From positions 19,281 to 83,280 of the forward strand of contig JAXSPP010000008.1 in assembly GCA_037927135.1 (NCBI GenBank): 64,000 nt of DNA, in the 5' to 3' direction. This stretch comes from Candidatus Pampinifervens sinense (GTDB taxonomy: Bacteria; Aquificota; Aquificia; Aquificales; Aquificaceae). Both the position numbers and the translations under genes were made by a program. Below the pieces are notes generated by a model. The model did not search any database and was not told where the DNA came from. It worked only from the letters and a program-made list of their open reading frames with translations. Of the stretch, positions 1-10,903 are shown in pieces; position 1 is the stretch's first letter; each line of letters begins with the position of its first letter.

Positions 1-726
1 ATATAGGTCATAGTAAGCGGAAAGGAAGCCTTCTGAGTTGATAAGGGGTCTTTCGTTGGCATCTATAAAGTATATGTGCGCCTTTATCTTGTTTCTCTTT
101 ATCATGCTTGCCAATAGGGCTGCCCTTTCGTAAGGAGCGGGTGGACATCTGTAAGGTGGTGGTGGCACTGTTATGACTATATCTCCACCTTCAAAGTCCT
201 CTATGAGCTTTTTAAGGTATATATGCTCCGACCCAGGCCTAAAGGCTGGAGGGTTATATACAAGGGAATCTCTGTAAAATGGATAATCTTCTATATCATA
301 GTCTATACCCGGTGATAGCACAAGATAGTCATAGGATATATATCCAGATGAGGTCCTTACTACCTTTTTATCAAGCTCCACTCCAAGCACCTTATCGTTC
401 AAAACCCTCACGCCATACTTTACCTCAAGCACGTTGTAGGAAAAGCACAGAGGTGTAAGCTCCATAAGGCCTGCCAAAAAGTGGTTTGACATAGGACAGG
501 ACATAAAGAAAGGTCTTTCTTCAATTAGAACCACATCAAGGTTTGGATTTTCCTTCTTTAAATACTTGGCTACGGTCACACCACCATAGCCACCACCTAC
601 TATAACTACTTGGGCCTTAAGTCTGCTTTGTGTCTTTGAATACACCAAAAGAGGCGCTGTAATACCTACAAGGGCACTACCTACGATCAATTCCCTTCTA
701 CTAACACCTGATAACTGATTTGACAT
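1..726 (-). CDS. Flavocytochrome c sulfide dehydrogenase (FCSD/SoxF-like) flavoprotein, second copy; 3' end runs off the window
   Basis: Not in ORF track. Hand translation from ATG at 726 (GGAGGT SD): MSNQLSGVSRRELIVGS (Tat RR) ... VVIVGGGYGGVTVAKYLKKENP ... FFMSCPMSN ... PPPYRCPPAPYERA, paralogous to 1554..2873. Confidence 0.85.
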   Translation of the reverse strand, partial: MSNQLSGVSRRELIVGSALVGITAPLLVYSKTQSRLKAQVVIVGGGYGGVTVAKYLKKENPNLDVVLIEERPFFMSCPMSNHFLAGLMELTPLCFSYNVLEVKYGVRVLNDKVLGVELDKKVVRTSSGYISYDYLVLSPGIDYDIEDYPFYRDSLVYNPPAFRPGSEHIYLKKLIEDFEGGDIVITVPPPPYRCPPAPYERAALLASMIKRNKIKAHIYFIDANERPLINSEGFLSAYYDLY

Positions 727-1420
727 ATTTATCCACCTCCATAACTATACATTTTTCCACAAGCTCCTTTGCTTTTGCAGTAGAACCATACTGCTGTCTT
801 AGGTCTGCCTTGTAGTTATCAAAGAACTGGTCAAACTGGTCCTTACCAAGAACTCCTACGGCATAAAATTGGCCATTCTCTTCTTGTAGCACTATGGAGG
901 CCAAAGGAACTTCTGGTGGACCATCTAAGACCTTTGCACCTTCCTTTGGGTCGTATAAACCTAAGTGGGCACAACACTGGATTATACCGGCCTTTTTTGT
1001 GGTCTCAGATGGCTTGTCTGGTGGATAGTAGTTTATAAAAGAGTAATCCTTTGTGGGATAGCTCCACTGGTGGGCGCATATGGCAGAGTAGGCTACTATA
1101 CTCTTTTTTGACCCCACGCCCCCTGGCCAGAGGTAGCCAAGCCCATCCTTTAGCTTTATCTCCACAGGCTTTATCTCCTGGTCCAGATTAAGAAGATAAC
1201 AAGGAGTGGAAACAAAGGGATAGAAGAATATGTAATTGTTATGGGGCTTGAGGTCTTCTTCCTTTAGAGGAGACCCATCCTCTTTGACAAGGAGGGCCTT
1301 TTTGTAAGTTTTTAGCATTCCATCCTGTTGGCTTGCCAGCAAATTGGAGAAAATACTGGCATCCAGCATGGAAGCCACTGCCACGGTTCCACAAGTTTTT
1401 ATAAAGTCTCTCCTATCCAT
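701..1420 (-). CDS. Tat-exported Rieske [2Fe-2S] protein
   Basis: MDRRDFIK Tat signal; Rieske boxes SAICAHQW and QCCAHLGLYD, plus GPP loop. Confidence 0.85.
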   Translation of the reverse strand: MDRRDFIKTCGTVAVASMLDASIFSNLLASQQDGMLKTYKKALLVKEDGSPLKEEDLKPHNNYIFFYPFVSTPCYLLNLDQEIKPVEIKLKDGLGYLWPGGVGSKKSIVAYSAICAHQWSYPTKDYSFINYYPPDKPSETTKKAGIIQCCAHLGLYDPKEGAKVLDGPPEVPLASIVLQEENGQFYAVGVLGKDQFDQFFDNYKADLRQQYGSTAKAKELVEKCIVMEVDKYVKSVIRC

Positions 1421-1446
1421 TCCTATTCACCTCTCTGTGTTATATA

Positions 1447-1462
1447 TGCAAATTCCATGCCA
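1447..1462 (-). promoter_or_regulatory. Sigma54 (-24/-12) promoter for the Rieske-FCSD genes
   Basis: Minus strand TGGCATGGAATTTGCA = GG-N10-GC, 27 nt upstream of the Rieske ATG. Confidence 0.7.
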
Positions 1463-1530
1463 CGCTTTGGAAGGCTTGTATACTTCACAGAGCATTGAGA
1501 AGGGTGTTTTGTGTTGCAACATGTGATGCA

Positions 1531-1549
1531 AAGGGGGCAAGGCCCCCTT
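1531..1549 (-). terminator. Hairpin terminator after the FCSD flavoprotein gene
   Basis: AAGGGGGC-AAG-GCCCCCTT inverted repeat just past the stop at 1554; short U run on the minus strand. Confidence 0.6.
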
Positions 1550-1553
1550 AAGA

Positions 1554-2873
1554 TTATGCGAACATGTCCTTATACATAGACCTTGCCCATTCATAGGTAG
1601 CCTTTGCCAAGGCTTCAGACCTTTCGTTTATCACCTTGGGCTTTGGAACTATCTTCTTTTCCTTTTCGTTGTAGTCGTAGGTTACGTTTATAACTATAGC
1701 CTCCTGGGGTGATCCGTTCACCATGGAGTAGCAGGTGTTGTCTGGAAGGGTGGGCTTGTACTCTTTTCCTGCTATCCTTGAGGCTATCACCTTTGCCACT
1801 ATCTTACCCTGAGAGTTGGCCATATGCCCGCTCTTTGGATAGGGGACTCCACCTATAACGTCTCCTACCAAGAAGACATGGGGGTCTGTCTTTGCCTGAA
1901 AGGTAAGGGGATCTTGGTCCGCCCAGCCAGTGGGTTTGCCCTCTTTGTCCTTGGCTATAAGGTCTGCCATCCAGACAAGCTCTCCCGCCTGTTGGGGCGG
2001 TACTAAGTTGGCGTCTGTAAACTTGAAGTCTCCTGCGGTTGTCTTTATTACCTTCTTTACAGGATCCACTTCTTTGATGACTGCCTTTGGCACATATTCT
2101 ATAATACCCAGATAGACCTGTTCAAAGGCAGCCCTAAAGCCCGGTCCCTTTGGAGCTATATCATCCTTAGGATCAAGAACTATAACCTTTCCTTTAACCT
2201 TGTTCCTCTTAAAGACTTCAGCTATCATACAAGCCCTCTCATAAGGCGCTGGGGGGCATCTGAAGAGTCCCGGAGGCACTGTGATTATAAAGTCTCCCTC
2301 TTCAAACTCATGTATCTTTCTCTTCAAGGCCAAGTGTTCAGAACCAGGGATAAAGGCAGCTGGATAGTGGATCCTTGTATAGTTTGCCATATCCTTGTTG
2401 TCTCCAAACCAAGCCTTATAGTTGTACTTTATGCCGGGTGCAAGCACCAGGTAGTTGTATTCTATGTAGCCGTGGGGAGTATAGACCCTCTTTTTGTCCC
2501 TTTCTATGCCTATGACCACTGCGTTTATAAACTTGTAGCCATACTTGGAAGCTGGCTGGTTGTAGTCGTGGGAAAGAAAATCCAAGCTCACAAGGTCTGC
2601 AAGCCATGGATTGGATATGGGGCAGGAGAAAAAGTTAGGCCTTTTTTCAATAAGAATAACCTCTATGTTGGGGTTTTCCTTCTTGAGGTACTTGGCTACC
2701 GTCAGCCCTGCCCATCCACCACCGCATATTACAACCCTGTTGCCCTTAGGTGGTGGAAGCACGGCTTCCATCTTTACCACTTTTTCTGCAGCTGCAAAAA
2801 TGGGCTTTGAAGAAAGCCCTGCTGCCAAGGCCCCTACTCCTACAGACTTTAAAAGGTCCCGCCTTGTAATCAT
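1554..2873 (-). CDS. fccB: Flavocytochrome c sulfide dehydrogenase flavoprotein subunit (FccB/SoxF family)
   Basis: Tat signal MITRRDLLK; GGGWAG FAD motif; SCPISN, FRCPPAPYERA, PKSG and NTCYS motifs. Confidence 0.88.
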   Translation of the reverse strand: MITRRDLLKSVGVGALAAGLSSKPIFAAAEKVVKMEAVLPPPKGNRVVICGGGWAGLTVAKYLKKENPNIEVILIEKRPNFFSCPISNPWLADLVSLDFLSHDYNQPASKYGYKFINAVVIGIERDKKRVYTPHGYIEYNYLVLAPGIKYNYKAWFGDNKDMANYTRIHYPAAFIPGSEHLALKRKIHEFEEGDFIITVPPGLFRCPPAPYERACMIAEVFKRNKVKGKVIVLDPKDDIAPKGPGFRAAFEQVYLGIIEYVPKAVIKEVDPVKKVIKTTAGDFKFTDANLVPPQQAGELVWMADLIAKDKEGKPTGWADQDPLTFQAKTDPHVFLVGDVIGGVPYPKSGHMANSQGKIVAKVIASRIAGKEYKPTLPDNTCYSMVNGSPQEAIVINVTYDYNEKEKKIVPKPKVINERSEALAKATYEWARSMYKDMFA

Positions 2874-3075
2874 GCTATACCTCCCTATAAAGCGTTGTTA
2901 ATAATCATACTTCTTAAGGAATGAGCTTGTCAATAAGAAAATCTTTGAGGAACCATTAATTAGGCTTATTTAAGCCTATCCTTATATGCTTATAATCAAA
3001 AGAGTCAAAAATTAACCAATTTTAAACCTTCTGCTTATATTTTATACTTTTACAAGCTTTGTTTGGAGGTAGGAC

Positions 3076-4830
3076 ATGCCAAGAAAGGGCGCAGATATTG
3101 TGATAGAGGTGTTAAAAGAAGAAGGCGTGGAGGTGATCTTTGGGCACCCCGGCGGTGCTATAATGGAGGTCTACGATGCCCTATACAGGGATGGTAGTAT
3201 AAGGCATATATTGGCAAGGCATGAGCAGGGTGCTGGGCATATGGCAGAAGGCTATGCAAAGGCCACTGGTAAGGTTGGAGTGGCCATGTCCACCTCTGGA
3301 CCCGGTGCTACAAACTTAGTGACAGCCATTGCGGACGCCTACATGGACTCTGTGCCTGTGGTCTTTATAACGGGACAGGTGCCCACACACCTCATAGGCA
3401 ACGATGCCTTCCAAGAGGTGGATATAGTGGGTATCACAAGGCCCATAACCAAGCACAACTTTTTGGTCAAAAGGATAGAGGACCTACCTCTCATACTGCG
3501 CCAGGCCTTTTACATAGCCAGGACTGGAAGGCCTGGGCCAGTGCTTGTGGATATTCCAAAGGACATAACACAAAAGCTAAGCGATGTGAAGATACCTACC
3601 ATTGAGGAGGTAAAGGAGTCTTTGCCTGGCTATAGGCCACACCTTGAGGGCAACCTACAGCAGATAAGGAAGGCAGTAAGGCTTATAATGGAGGCAAAAA
3701 GGCCTGTGCTTTATGTGGGTGGTGGTGCGGTCCAAGCGGAGGCCCAAAGGGAGCTGGTGGAGCTGGCAGAGCTTATGAAGATACCTGTGACTACCACCAA
3801 CATGGGAAAGGGTGCCTTTCCTGAGCTTCATCCCTTGGCTTTGCACATGCTTGGCATGCACGGCACCTACTATGCCAACATGGCCGTCTACCACTGCGAC
3901 CTTCTTATAGCCATAGGTGCCAGGTTTGATGACAGGGTAACAGGAAAGGTGGAAGAGTTTGCACCCCAGGCCAAGATCATCCACGTGGATATAGACCCTG
4001 CTTCCATCTCAAAGAACATCGTGGTGGATGTGCCCATAGTGGGTGATGTAAAGATAGTCTTGAGAAAGATCCTTGAGGAGCTAAAGAGGGAGGGTGCAAA
4101 GATACTGTACCCAGAGGAAAGACAAAAGTGGCTTGAGCAGATAGAAGCATGGAAGAAGAGATATCCACTTACATACACAAGGTCCAACAAGGTCATAAAG
4201 CCACAGTATGTGATAGAGCAGATATACGAGGCCACAAAAGGGCAGGCCATAATTGCCACAGGCGTGGGCCAGCATCAGATGTGGGCAGCCATGTTCTATA
4301 AGTACTCCTTCCCAAGGCAGTTTATAAACTCCGGTGGCCTTGGCACCATGGGTTTTGGCTTGCCTGCGGGCATTGGAGCCAAGATAGGAAGGCCGGACAA
4401 AGAGGTTTTTGTTATAGACGGTGATGGATCCTTTATGATGACCATGCAGGAGCTTGTTACTGCCGTGCATTACAAGGTGCCTGTGAAGATAGCTATAATA
4501 AACAATGGCTATCTTGGTATGGTGCGCCAGTGGCAAGAGCTTTTCTATGAGAAGAGGTATTCTGAAGTGGATCTGAGCGTCCAGCCAGATTTTGTCAAAT
4601 TGGCTGAGGCTTGCGGAGCTGTGGGCTTTAGGGCAGAAAAGCCATCGGATGTGAGGGAGATAATAGAGGAGGCCCTCAAGATTGATGACAGGCCTGTTCT
4701 GATGGACTTTCGTGTGGACAGGGAGGAGAATGTGCTTCCTATGGTTCCTGCAGGAAGGTCCTACAGGGAGATGATCCTAGAAGATGGCAAAAAGTCTGTG
4801 GAAGCGGAAACCATGTATTTGGTGGGATAA
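3076..4830 (+). CDS. ilvB: Acetolactate synthase large subunit
   Basis: [29 protein letters not shown] motif. Confidence 0.95.
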   Translation: MPRKGADIVIEVLKEEGVEVIFGHPGGAIMEVYDALYRDGSIRHILARHEQGAGHMAEGYAKATGKVGVAMSTSGPGATNLVTAIADAYMDSVPVVFITGQVPTHLIGNDAFQEVDIVGITRPITKHNFLVKRIEDLPLILRQAFYIARTGRPGPVLVDIPKDITQKLSDVKIPTIEEVKESLPGYRPHLEGNLQQIRKAVRLIMEAKRPVLYVGGGAVQAEAQRELVELAELMKIPVTTTNMGKGAFPELHPLALHMLGMHGTYYANMAVYHCDLLIAIGARFDDRVTGKVEEFAPQAKIIHVDIDPASISKNIVVDVPIVGDVKIVLRKILEELKREGAKILYPEERQKWLEQIEAWKKRYPLTYTRSNKVIKPQYVIEQIYEATKGQAIIATGVGQHQMWAAMFYKYSFPRQFINSGGLGTMGFGLPAGIGAKIGRPDKEVFVIDGDGSFMMTMQELVTAVHYKVPVKIAIINNGYLGMVRQWQELFYEKRYSEVDLSVQPDFVKLAEACGAVGFRAEKPSDVREIIEEALKIDDRPVLMDFRVDREENVLPMVPAGRSYREMILEDGKKSVEAETMYLVG

Positions 4831-4844
4831 GGGAGGTAAAGGAA

Positions 4845-5420
4845 ATGGCGGACACCATTGGAGGCATGCAACTTGATACTATAAAGGCACCACTTTATAG
4901 GGAGGTAAGGAAGGGAGAGGTAAGGAAGCACATCATAACCTTAACTGTGAGGAACGAGCTGGGCGTTCTGGCACGCATAGCAACCCTTATAGCTGGTAAA
5001 GGCTACAACATAGAAGGCCTTTCGGTGGGAGAGACCCACGAAAAAGGCATATCCCGCATGACCATTGAGGTCATAGGCGACGATGTGGTCATAGACCAAG
5101 TGGTAAAACAGCTAAGGAAGCTTATAGATACTCTAAAGGTGAAGGATCTGACGGATATACCCCATGTGGAGAGGGAGCTTGCCCTTATAAAGGTTCATAC
5201 GGCCACACCAAGGGCGAGGGACGAGGTGCTAAGGCTTGTGGAGATCTTTAGGGCCAAAGTGGTGGATGTCTCTCCCGATACGTACACCATAGAAATAACT
5301 GGTACTGAGGATAAAATAAATGCCTTTGTAGAGCTTGTAAGACCCTTTGGTATAAGGGAGATGGCAAGGACTGGAAAAGTGGCAATGAAAAGGGAAATCT
5401 CAAGCCAGGAGGAGGAGTAA
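4845..5420 (+). CDS. ilvN: Acetolactate synthase small (regulatory) subunit
   Basis: ACT domain NELGVLARI...GYNIEGLSVG; follows ilvB. Confidence 0.93.
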   Translation: MADTIGGMQLDTIKAPLYREVRKGEVRKHIITLTVRNELGVLARIATLIAGKGYNIEGLSVGETHEKGISRMTIEVIGDDVVIDQVVKQLRKLIDTLKVKDLTDIPHVERELALIKVHTATPRARDEVLRLVEIFRAKVVDVSPDTYTIEITGTEDKINAFVELVRPFGIREMARTGKVAMKREISSQEEE

Positions 5421-6884
5421 ATGGAGGTAAGGGCCTCAAACTTTGATGTAAAAAGTGTAAAGGACCCTGTAGGTCTTTTTGTTTTTGAAGACCAGTGGGA
5501 AAGCTTAAGCTTCTTGGGTGATCTAAAAGAACAGGTAGAAAAGCTATTGAAGGCAGAAAACTTTAAGGGGAAGGAGGAGAGCCTTGCAAAGGTGAGTTTA
5601 ATAGTGGATGGTGAGGTAAGGGTCTTTTATGTGGCTGGGCTTGGCAAAAGGGAAAAGGTGGGAGAAGACAGCTACAGAATAGCTTCAGCCCTTATAGCCA
5701 AAAGGGCAAAAAGGGATAAGGTAAAGAGCCTCTATGTTTATGCGGGGGATATAGACTATAGGCTAAGCAAGGCCATAACGGAGGGTGCCATCCTTGGAAG
5801 CTACAGGTTTGATAAGTATAAAACCAAGAAAGAAGAGGAAGAAAATTCAAGCCTTGAAAACCTTTATATATACGGAGGAGACCAGGAGGGTATAAACCTG
5901 GGAAAAATTTTGGCGGAAGCCCAGAACTTCACCAGAGACCTAGTGAATGAACCAGGAAATGTGATAAACCCCATAAGCCTTGCGGAGATAGCCCAAAAGG
6001 TGGCCCAAGATTATGGCCTTGAGTGTAGAGTTTATGATGAAAAAGAGATTCAAGAGATGGGCATGTATGCCCTCTGGAGCGTGGGTAAGGGTTCTGCCAC
6101 ACCACCAAGGTTTGTGCATATGGTATACAGGCCAGAGGGAGAGCCAAAGGAAAGGATAGCCATAGTGGGCAAGGGCCTCACCTTTGACAGCGGGGGCCTC
6201 AACATAAAGACGGGAGATTATATGAGGACCATGAAGATGGACAAGTCTGGAGCATGCGCAGTCATAGGCATAATGAAGGCCATAGCCCAGTTAAAGCCAC
6301 AGGTGGAAGTGCATGGCATCTTTGGTGCGGCTGAGAACATGCCCAGCGGAACAGCCTACAGGCCAGATGATATTATAAGGGCCATGAACGGAAAGACCAT
6401 AGAGATAGACAACACGGACGCAGAGGGAAGGGTAACCTTGGCGGACAGCCTCTCTTATGCCTCCAAGCTTGGTGTCTCAAGGATCATTGACATGGCCACA
6501 TTGACCGGTGCTTGCATGGTAGCCCTTGGAGAATACACGGCGGGCCTGTTTACCAACGATGATGAGTTTGGAGATGAAATACTTAGCCTTTCAAGGCTTA
6601 CCGGTGAGAGGATGTGGAAGCTACCTATGGATGACAAGAGGCTAAGGGAGAAGATAAAGAAGGGTGAGGGGGATGTTTTGAACTCTGGGGGAAGGTACGG
6701 CGGAGCCATTACAGCGGCCATGTTCCTTGAGGAGTTTGTGGGAGAAGGTATAAAGTGGGTGCATCTTGATATAGCGGGGCCTGCTTACCTTAAGGAAGAG
6801 TTCGGTTATTATACAAAGGGGGCAACGGGCTTTGGTGTAAGAACCTGTGTGGAGTATATACTGAGGCTTGGTGGCAAAGGATGA
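5421..6884 (+). CDS. pepA: Leucyl aminopeptidase (M17)
   Basis: GKGLTFDSGG, NTDAEGR, ATLTGA motifs. Confidence 0.95.
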   Translation: MEVRASNFDVKSVKDPVGLFVFEDQWESLSFLGDLKEQVEKLLKAENFKGKEESLAKVSLIVDGEVRVFYVAGLGKREKVGEDSYRIASALIAKRAKRDKVKSLYVYAGDIDYRLSKAITEGAILGSYRFDKYKTKKEEEENSSLENLYIYGGDQEGINLGKILAEAQNFTRDLVNEPGNVINPISLAEIAQKVAQDYGLECRVYDEKEIQEMGMYALWSVGKGSATPPRFVHMVYRPEGEPKERIAIVGKGLTFDSGGLNIKTGDYMRTMKMDKSGACAVIGIMKAIAQLKPQVEVHGIFGAAENMPSGTAYRPDDIIRAMNGKTIEIDNTDAEGRVTLADSLSYASKLGVSRIIDMATLTGACMVALGEYTAGLFTNDDEFGDEILSLSRLTGERMWKLPMDDKRLREKIKKGEGDVLNSGGRYGGAITAAMFLEEFVGEGIKWVHLDIAGPAYLKEEFGYYTKGATGFGVRTCVEYILRLGGKG

Positions 6885-8266
6885 GGGTAGTAATAGTAGG
6901 CAATGGGCCAGCCAGCGCAAGCGCCATAGAAGCTTTTAGAAAGGTGGATAAGGAATCAGACATCATAGTCCTCTCCGATGAGGAGTTTCCTACCTACGCA
7001 CCCAACTGTATGGAAAATGTCATAAGGGGAGACATCTCCGAGGAGGCCCTCTTTTATAAGGGTGGCTTTAGCTTTTATGAAAAATACAAGGTGGACTTTA
7101 GGCCCGGTAAAGAAGTGGTAGGCATTGACAACAAAAGGAAGGTGGTTGTGGTAAAGGGGGGAGAGGAGATAGCTTACGATAAGTGCCTTTTGGCAGCGGG
7201 AGCCTACGCCTTTGTGCCACCCATTCCCGGTGTGGAGCTGGGGGGTGTGACCACAGCCAAGAACCTCTACGATGCAAAAAGGATAAGAGATTGGGTGCTT
7301 TCGGGAAGGGTAAAGAGCGTGGTAATAGTGGGTGCGGGCCCCATAGGCATAGAGGATGCGGAGACTTTAAGACATATGGGCCTTGAGGTGCATGTGGTGG
7401 AGTTCTTTGATAGGGTGCTTCCGAGGATGTTGGACAAGTTTATGGCTGACAGGTACATGAAGCCTTTGGAGGAGGAAGGTATAAACTTCTACCTGAACCA
7501 TCAGGTGGTGGCCATACATGGAGAGGATGGTTGGGTGGAGGCTGTGGAGATAAGGCCCAATGGGACGGACAAAAGCAAGTTCATAAGGGCTGATATGGTC
7601 ATACTTTCCACTGGGGTAAGACCCAGGATAAACCTTGTGGCAGACACGGACATAAAGCTACACATAAACGAAGCTACAGGAAGGGTAGTGGGAGGCATAC
7701 TGGTAAACGAATACCAGCAAACATCGGACCCTGATGTTTATGCAGCCGGAGACATATGTTCTGGCATAGACGCCTGGGGCAACCAAAGATGGATAGCCCT
7801 CTTTCCTACAGCACAGCAGAGTGGTGCCATAGCGGGCTACAATATGGCAGGGCTAAGGGTCAAAAACCCAGGCCTTGTGGATTACAACGCGGTAAAGACA
7901 AGGTCTGTCACGGCGGGCAGTGGAGGAGTCTTTGAAGATGCGGAAGAATCCTTTAGCTTTGAATGGGATGGCAAGCTGGTAAAGGTCTTCTTAAAAGAGG
8001 GGTCGGTGTGCGGATATCAGTTTGTGGGCTTGGGGAAAGGAAGACCTCTGAATCCAAGGAACAGGTTTTTAAAAGGTGAGAGGATAAAGAGCTGGGCTGA
8101 AAAAATTGCTTTAGACAAGGGGCTTGGCCTTGAGGCAAGCGGTGTGCTATTCCATCACTTTATAAGGTTTAGGGAAAGAAAGCTAGATGATAAGCTAATA
8201 AGGGCCATAAAATACGGCATGCTCCGATCCCTTGCCAATCCAGCCTTTGATGTGCCTATATTTTAG
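6881..8266 (+). CDS. FAD/NAD(P)-dependent pyridine nucleotide-disulfide-family oxidoreductase
   Basis: GNGPAS, GAGPIG(I)E and VYAAGD motifs; substrate not assignable. Confidence 0.8.
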   Translation: MRVVIVGNGPASASAIEAFRKVDKESDIIVLSDEEFPTYAPNCMENVIRGDISEEALFYKGGFSFYEKYKVDFRPGKEVVGIDNKRKVVVVKGGEEIAYDKCLLAAGAYAFVPPIPGVELGGVTTAKNLYDAKRIRDWVLSGRVKSVVIVGAGPIGIEDAETLRHMGLEVHVVEFFDRVLPRMLDKFMADRYMKPLEEEGINFYLNHQVVAIHGEDGWVEAVEIRPNGTDKSKFIRADMVILSTGVRPRINLVADTDIKLHINEATGRVVGGILVNEYQQTSDPDVYAAGDICSGIDAWGNQRWIALFPTAQQSGAIAGYNMAGLRVKNPGLVDYNAVKTRSVTAGSGGVFEDAEESFSFEWDGKLVKVFLKEGSVCGYQFVGLGKGRPLNPRNRFLKGERIKSWAEKIALDKGLGLEASGVLFHHFIRFRERKLDDKLIRAIKYGMLRSLANPAFDVPIF

Positions 8267-9710
8267 GCTCGTAAACTTCCACTCTGTTTCTGCCAAGATT
8301 CTTTGCCTTGTATAAGGCCTCATCGGCCATCCTTATGAGGTCATCTATGTTCTCCACACCTGGACCATAAGAGGCCAGTCCACCGCTGAGGGTGGTCTTC
8401 ACCTCCACTCCTCTATACACAATAACGCTATTTTGAAAACACTGTCTTATCCTTTCTGCAACCACTTTGCCTTGATGAAGGTCTGTGTTTGGCATAAGAA
8501 GGGCAAACTCTTCACCACCCAGCCTTGCAGGAAGGTCCGACTTTCTGGAGTTTTTCTTCAGAACCTCTGCGAAGTTCTTTAAAAGTAGGTCTCCAGCCTC
8601 ATGACCATAGGTGTCGTTTATCTTCTTAAAGTGGTCAAGGTCCATAAGAAGGAGGGTAAGGGGAGTATTGTACCTTTTTGCACTCTCAAGGATAAGGTTG
8701 GCATGGTCAAAGAAAAACCTTCTGTTTGGAAGGCCTGTAAGGGGGTCATAGTAGGCCAACTCTTCAAGCTCCTTTTGCTTTTCTTTTAACTCCTCAAAGG
8801 CGTGTTTTAGACTTACAGCCATGTTGTATATACTATGCTTGAGTTCCCAGACTTCATCCTTGGAACTTTCTTTAGAATTTTTAAGAAGGTCAATTACAGA
8901 AAAATCCCTTTTCTCTATGCTTGCGGTTATGTTCTTTAAAAAGATCACTCTGCTTGCCAAGCTTGAAGCTATCCTAAAGAGCATAAAGGCCAAGAAGGAG
9001 AAAACAAACAAAGAGTATAGAGCAAGCGCAAGGAATATTAGGTATGTTTCTTTATATATGCCAGATACATCTTTTATAAGCACTACCCTTCCTATAGGAA
9101 GGCCATTCATACCCGTAAGCGGAACCTCTACAAGAAGGCTTTTTTTAAGAAAACTACCATGAAGCATATAGCCCTTAACGTCAAGAGGCATGTAAAGAAC
9201 TTTTGGGTTCGAAAACCTGTCAATAACCACATTATCTATAACAACCTTTTCCTTCATAAAACTGTCAATGGAGCCATCCAAAACATCCTTCAAAAGGTTT
9301 CTGTTGTAGTAGATTATCCAATCCACATCCACGGAGTTTTTCATTAGTTTTAGAATATCCTCAAGCTTAATGCCTACAAAATAGCACCCATCGGGATAAA
9401 GCCTATTCATGCCATAATAAGGACCGGAAGGTAGTATTCTATAATAAGGTTCCTCATCACAGGAATTATCACGTAATTTTTCTTTGTAATAATAATCACC
9501 TCTCACAGCAGAATTTTCATCAAGGAACCTTAGGTCTTCCTTCTCGTGGTTTACTATCTCCTTATAGTTCTTGTATATGAACTCATACGTTTCTCTAATC
9601 CTGCCCTCAATGAGCCGAGAGGATATAAAGTAAAGCAGGATGAAGGATATGATAAGGGTTAAAGACACAGAGAAAAGCAAGCTTAAGTATATCCTTTTTC
9701 TTATTGACAT
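8256..9710 (-). CDS. Membrane-anchored diguanylate cyclase
   Basis: Two TM segments around a periplasmic region; DPLTGLPNRR, intact GGEEF and RxxD (RKSD) I-site. Confidence 0.9.
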   Translation of the reverse strand: MSIRKRIYLSLLFSVSLTLIISFILLYFISSRLIEGRIRETYEFIYKNYKEIVNHEKEDLRFLDENSAVRGDYYYKEKLRDNSCDEEPYYRILPSGPYYGMNRLYPDGCYFVGIKLEDILKLMKNSVDVDWIIYYNRNLLKDVLDGSIDSFMKEKVVIDNVVIDRFSNPKVLYMPLDVKGYMLHGSFLKKSLLVEVPLTGMNGLPIGRVVLIKDVSGIYKETYLIFLALALYSLFVFSFLAFMLFRIASSLASRVIFLKNITASIEKRDFSVIDLLKNSKESSKDEVWELKHSIYNMAVSLKHAFEELKEKQKELEELAYYDPLTGLPNRRFFFDHANLILESAKRYNTPLTLLLMDLDHFKKINDTYGHEAGDLLLKNFAEVLKKNSRKSDLPARLGGEEFALLMPNTDLHQGKVVAERIRQCFQNSVIVYRGVEVKTTLSGGLASYGPGVENIDDLIRMADEALYKAKNLGRNRVEVYEPKI

Positions 9711-10663
9711 GTTTTTTCTACCAGTTTTTCACAAAGCCTAAGGGCGCTCAAGGCTGAAGACTCATCCGCAAGACCTTTCCAGGCTATATCGTAGGCCACA
9801 CCATGGTCTGGAGAGGTCCTTATAAAAGGTAGTCCGAGGGTAAGGTTTACACCCTCTTTGAAGGCAAGGAGCTTAAAAGGTATAAGGCCCTGATCGTGAT
9901 ACATACAAAGGAAAAGGTCAATATCGTCCCTTAAGAAGGCGCTGTCTGGAGAAAGGGGCCCTTCCACCTTGTAGCCTTCAGCTTTTAGGGCTTCTACCGC
10001 GGGCGCTATCTCTTTTACATCTTCTTCTCCTATGGTCCCCATATCCCCAGCATGGGGGTTGAGGCCCAGAATGCCTACGGTAGGATCCATATCAAAAAGC
10101 CTTTTAAATTCCCTTACTATAAGCTTTACCTTTTTTATTATCTCTTGACTTTTTATTCTTCCTGGCACTTCCCTGAGAGGTATATGGGTGGTAAAAGGAA
10201 CCACTTTAATCTTCTCTGAATAAAGAAGCATAGCATATTCCTTTACATTACAGGCCTGGGCCAAAAACTCCGTTTGACCCTCAAAAGAAAAGCCAGCTAG
10301 CTTTGTCCAGAATTTGTTTATGGGCATGGTAAGAAGGCCATGGATCTTCCTATAGACTGCATCCACCACAGCTCTTCCAAGATAGGCCACAGCCACCTTA
10401 CCCGAGGTCAAAGAGGGCATGGGCCTTTCTGTCTCGCTTATGTTTAGGTCCGCTATATAGACTCCAGGTGAGTCCACCTCCTCTATGGTATAAATATCCC
10501 TAAGCTCAAGGTCTATGCTAAGCTCCCTTTTTACAGCTTCTATTATCTTTTTCTCCCCATAGATGATATAAGCCTTCTTTGGGTCAAAGTGTCTAGATAT
10601 CTTTAATATGAGTTCGGGCCCTACCCCCGCAGGATCTCCTATAGTTATACCTATTTTAAGCAT
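9701..10663 (-). CDS. pdxA: 4-hydroxythreonine-4-phosphate dehydrogenase
   Basis: GDPAGVGPE, LNPHAG, MYHDQGL, RTSPDHG. Confidence 0.95.
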   Translation of the reverse strand: MLKIGITIGDPAGVGPELILKISRHFDPKKAYIIYGEKKIIEAVKRELSIDLELRDIYTIEEVDSPGVYIADLNISETERPMPSLTSGKVAVAYLGRAVVDAVYRKIHGLLTMPINKFWTKLAGFSFEGQTEFLAQACNVKEYAMLLYSEKIKVVPFTTHIPLREVPGRIKSQEIIKKVKLIVREFKRLFDMDPTVGILGLNPHAGDMGTIGEEDVKEIAPAVEALKAEGYKVEGPLSPDSAFLRDDIDLFLCMYHDQGLIPFKLLAFKEGVNLTLGLPFIRTSPDHGVAYDIAWKGLADESSALSALRLCEKLVEKTCQ

Positions 10664-10690
10664 AGTTAAAATGATATAATAGAGTTGGTC

Positions 10691-10903
10691 ATGAGGGTGA
10701 GAGTTCTTATACTTCCCAAAAAAGGCCTTCTTGACCCAGAGGGTAGGGCTGTAAAGGAGATGCTACTGGATGAGGGCTTTCCTGTAAAGGATGTAAAAGT
10801 GGGCAAGGTGGTGGAGCTTGAATTGGAGAGGGAAACGGACATAAAGACCATGGTAGAGAAATATCTTATTAATCCTCTTGTGGAGGAATACATAGTAGAA
10901 TGA
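10691..10903 (+). CDS. purS: Phosphoribosylformylglycinamidine synthase PurS
   Basis: LDPEG, VGK, LINPLVE; precedes purQ. Confidence 0.92.
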   Translation: MRVRVLILPKKGLLDPEGRAVKEMLLDEGFPVKDVKVGKVVELELERETDIKTMVEKYLINPLVEEYIVE

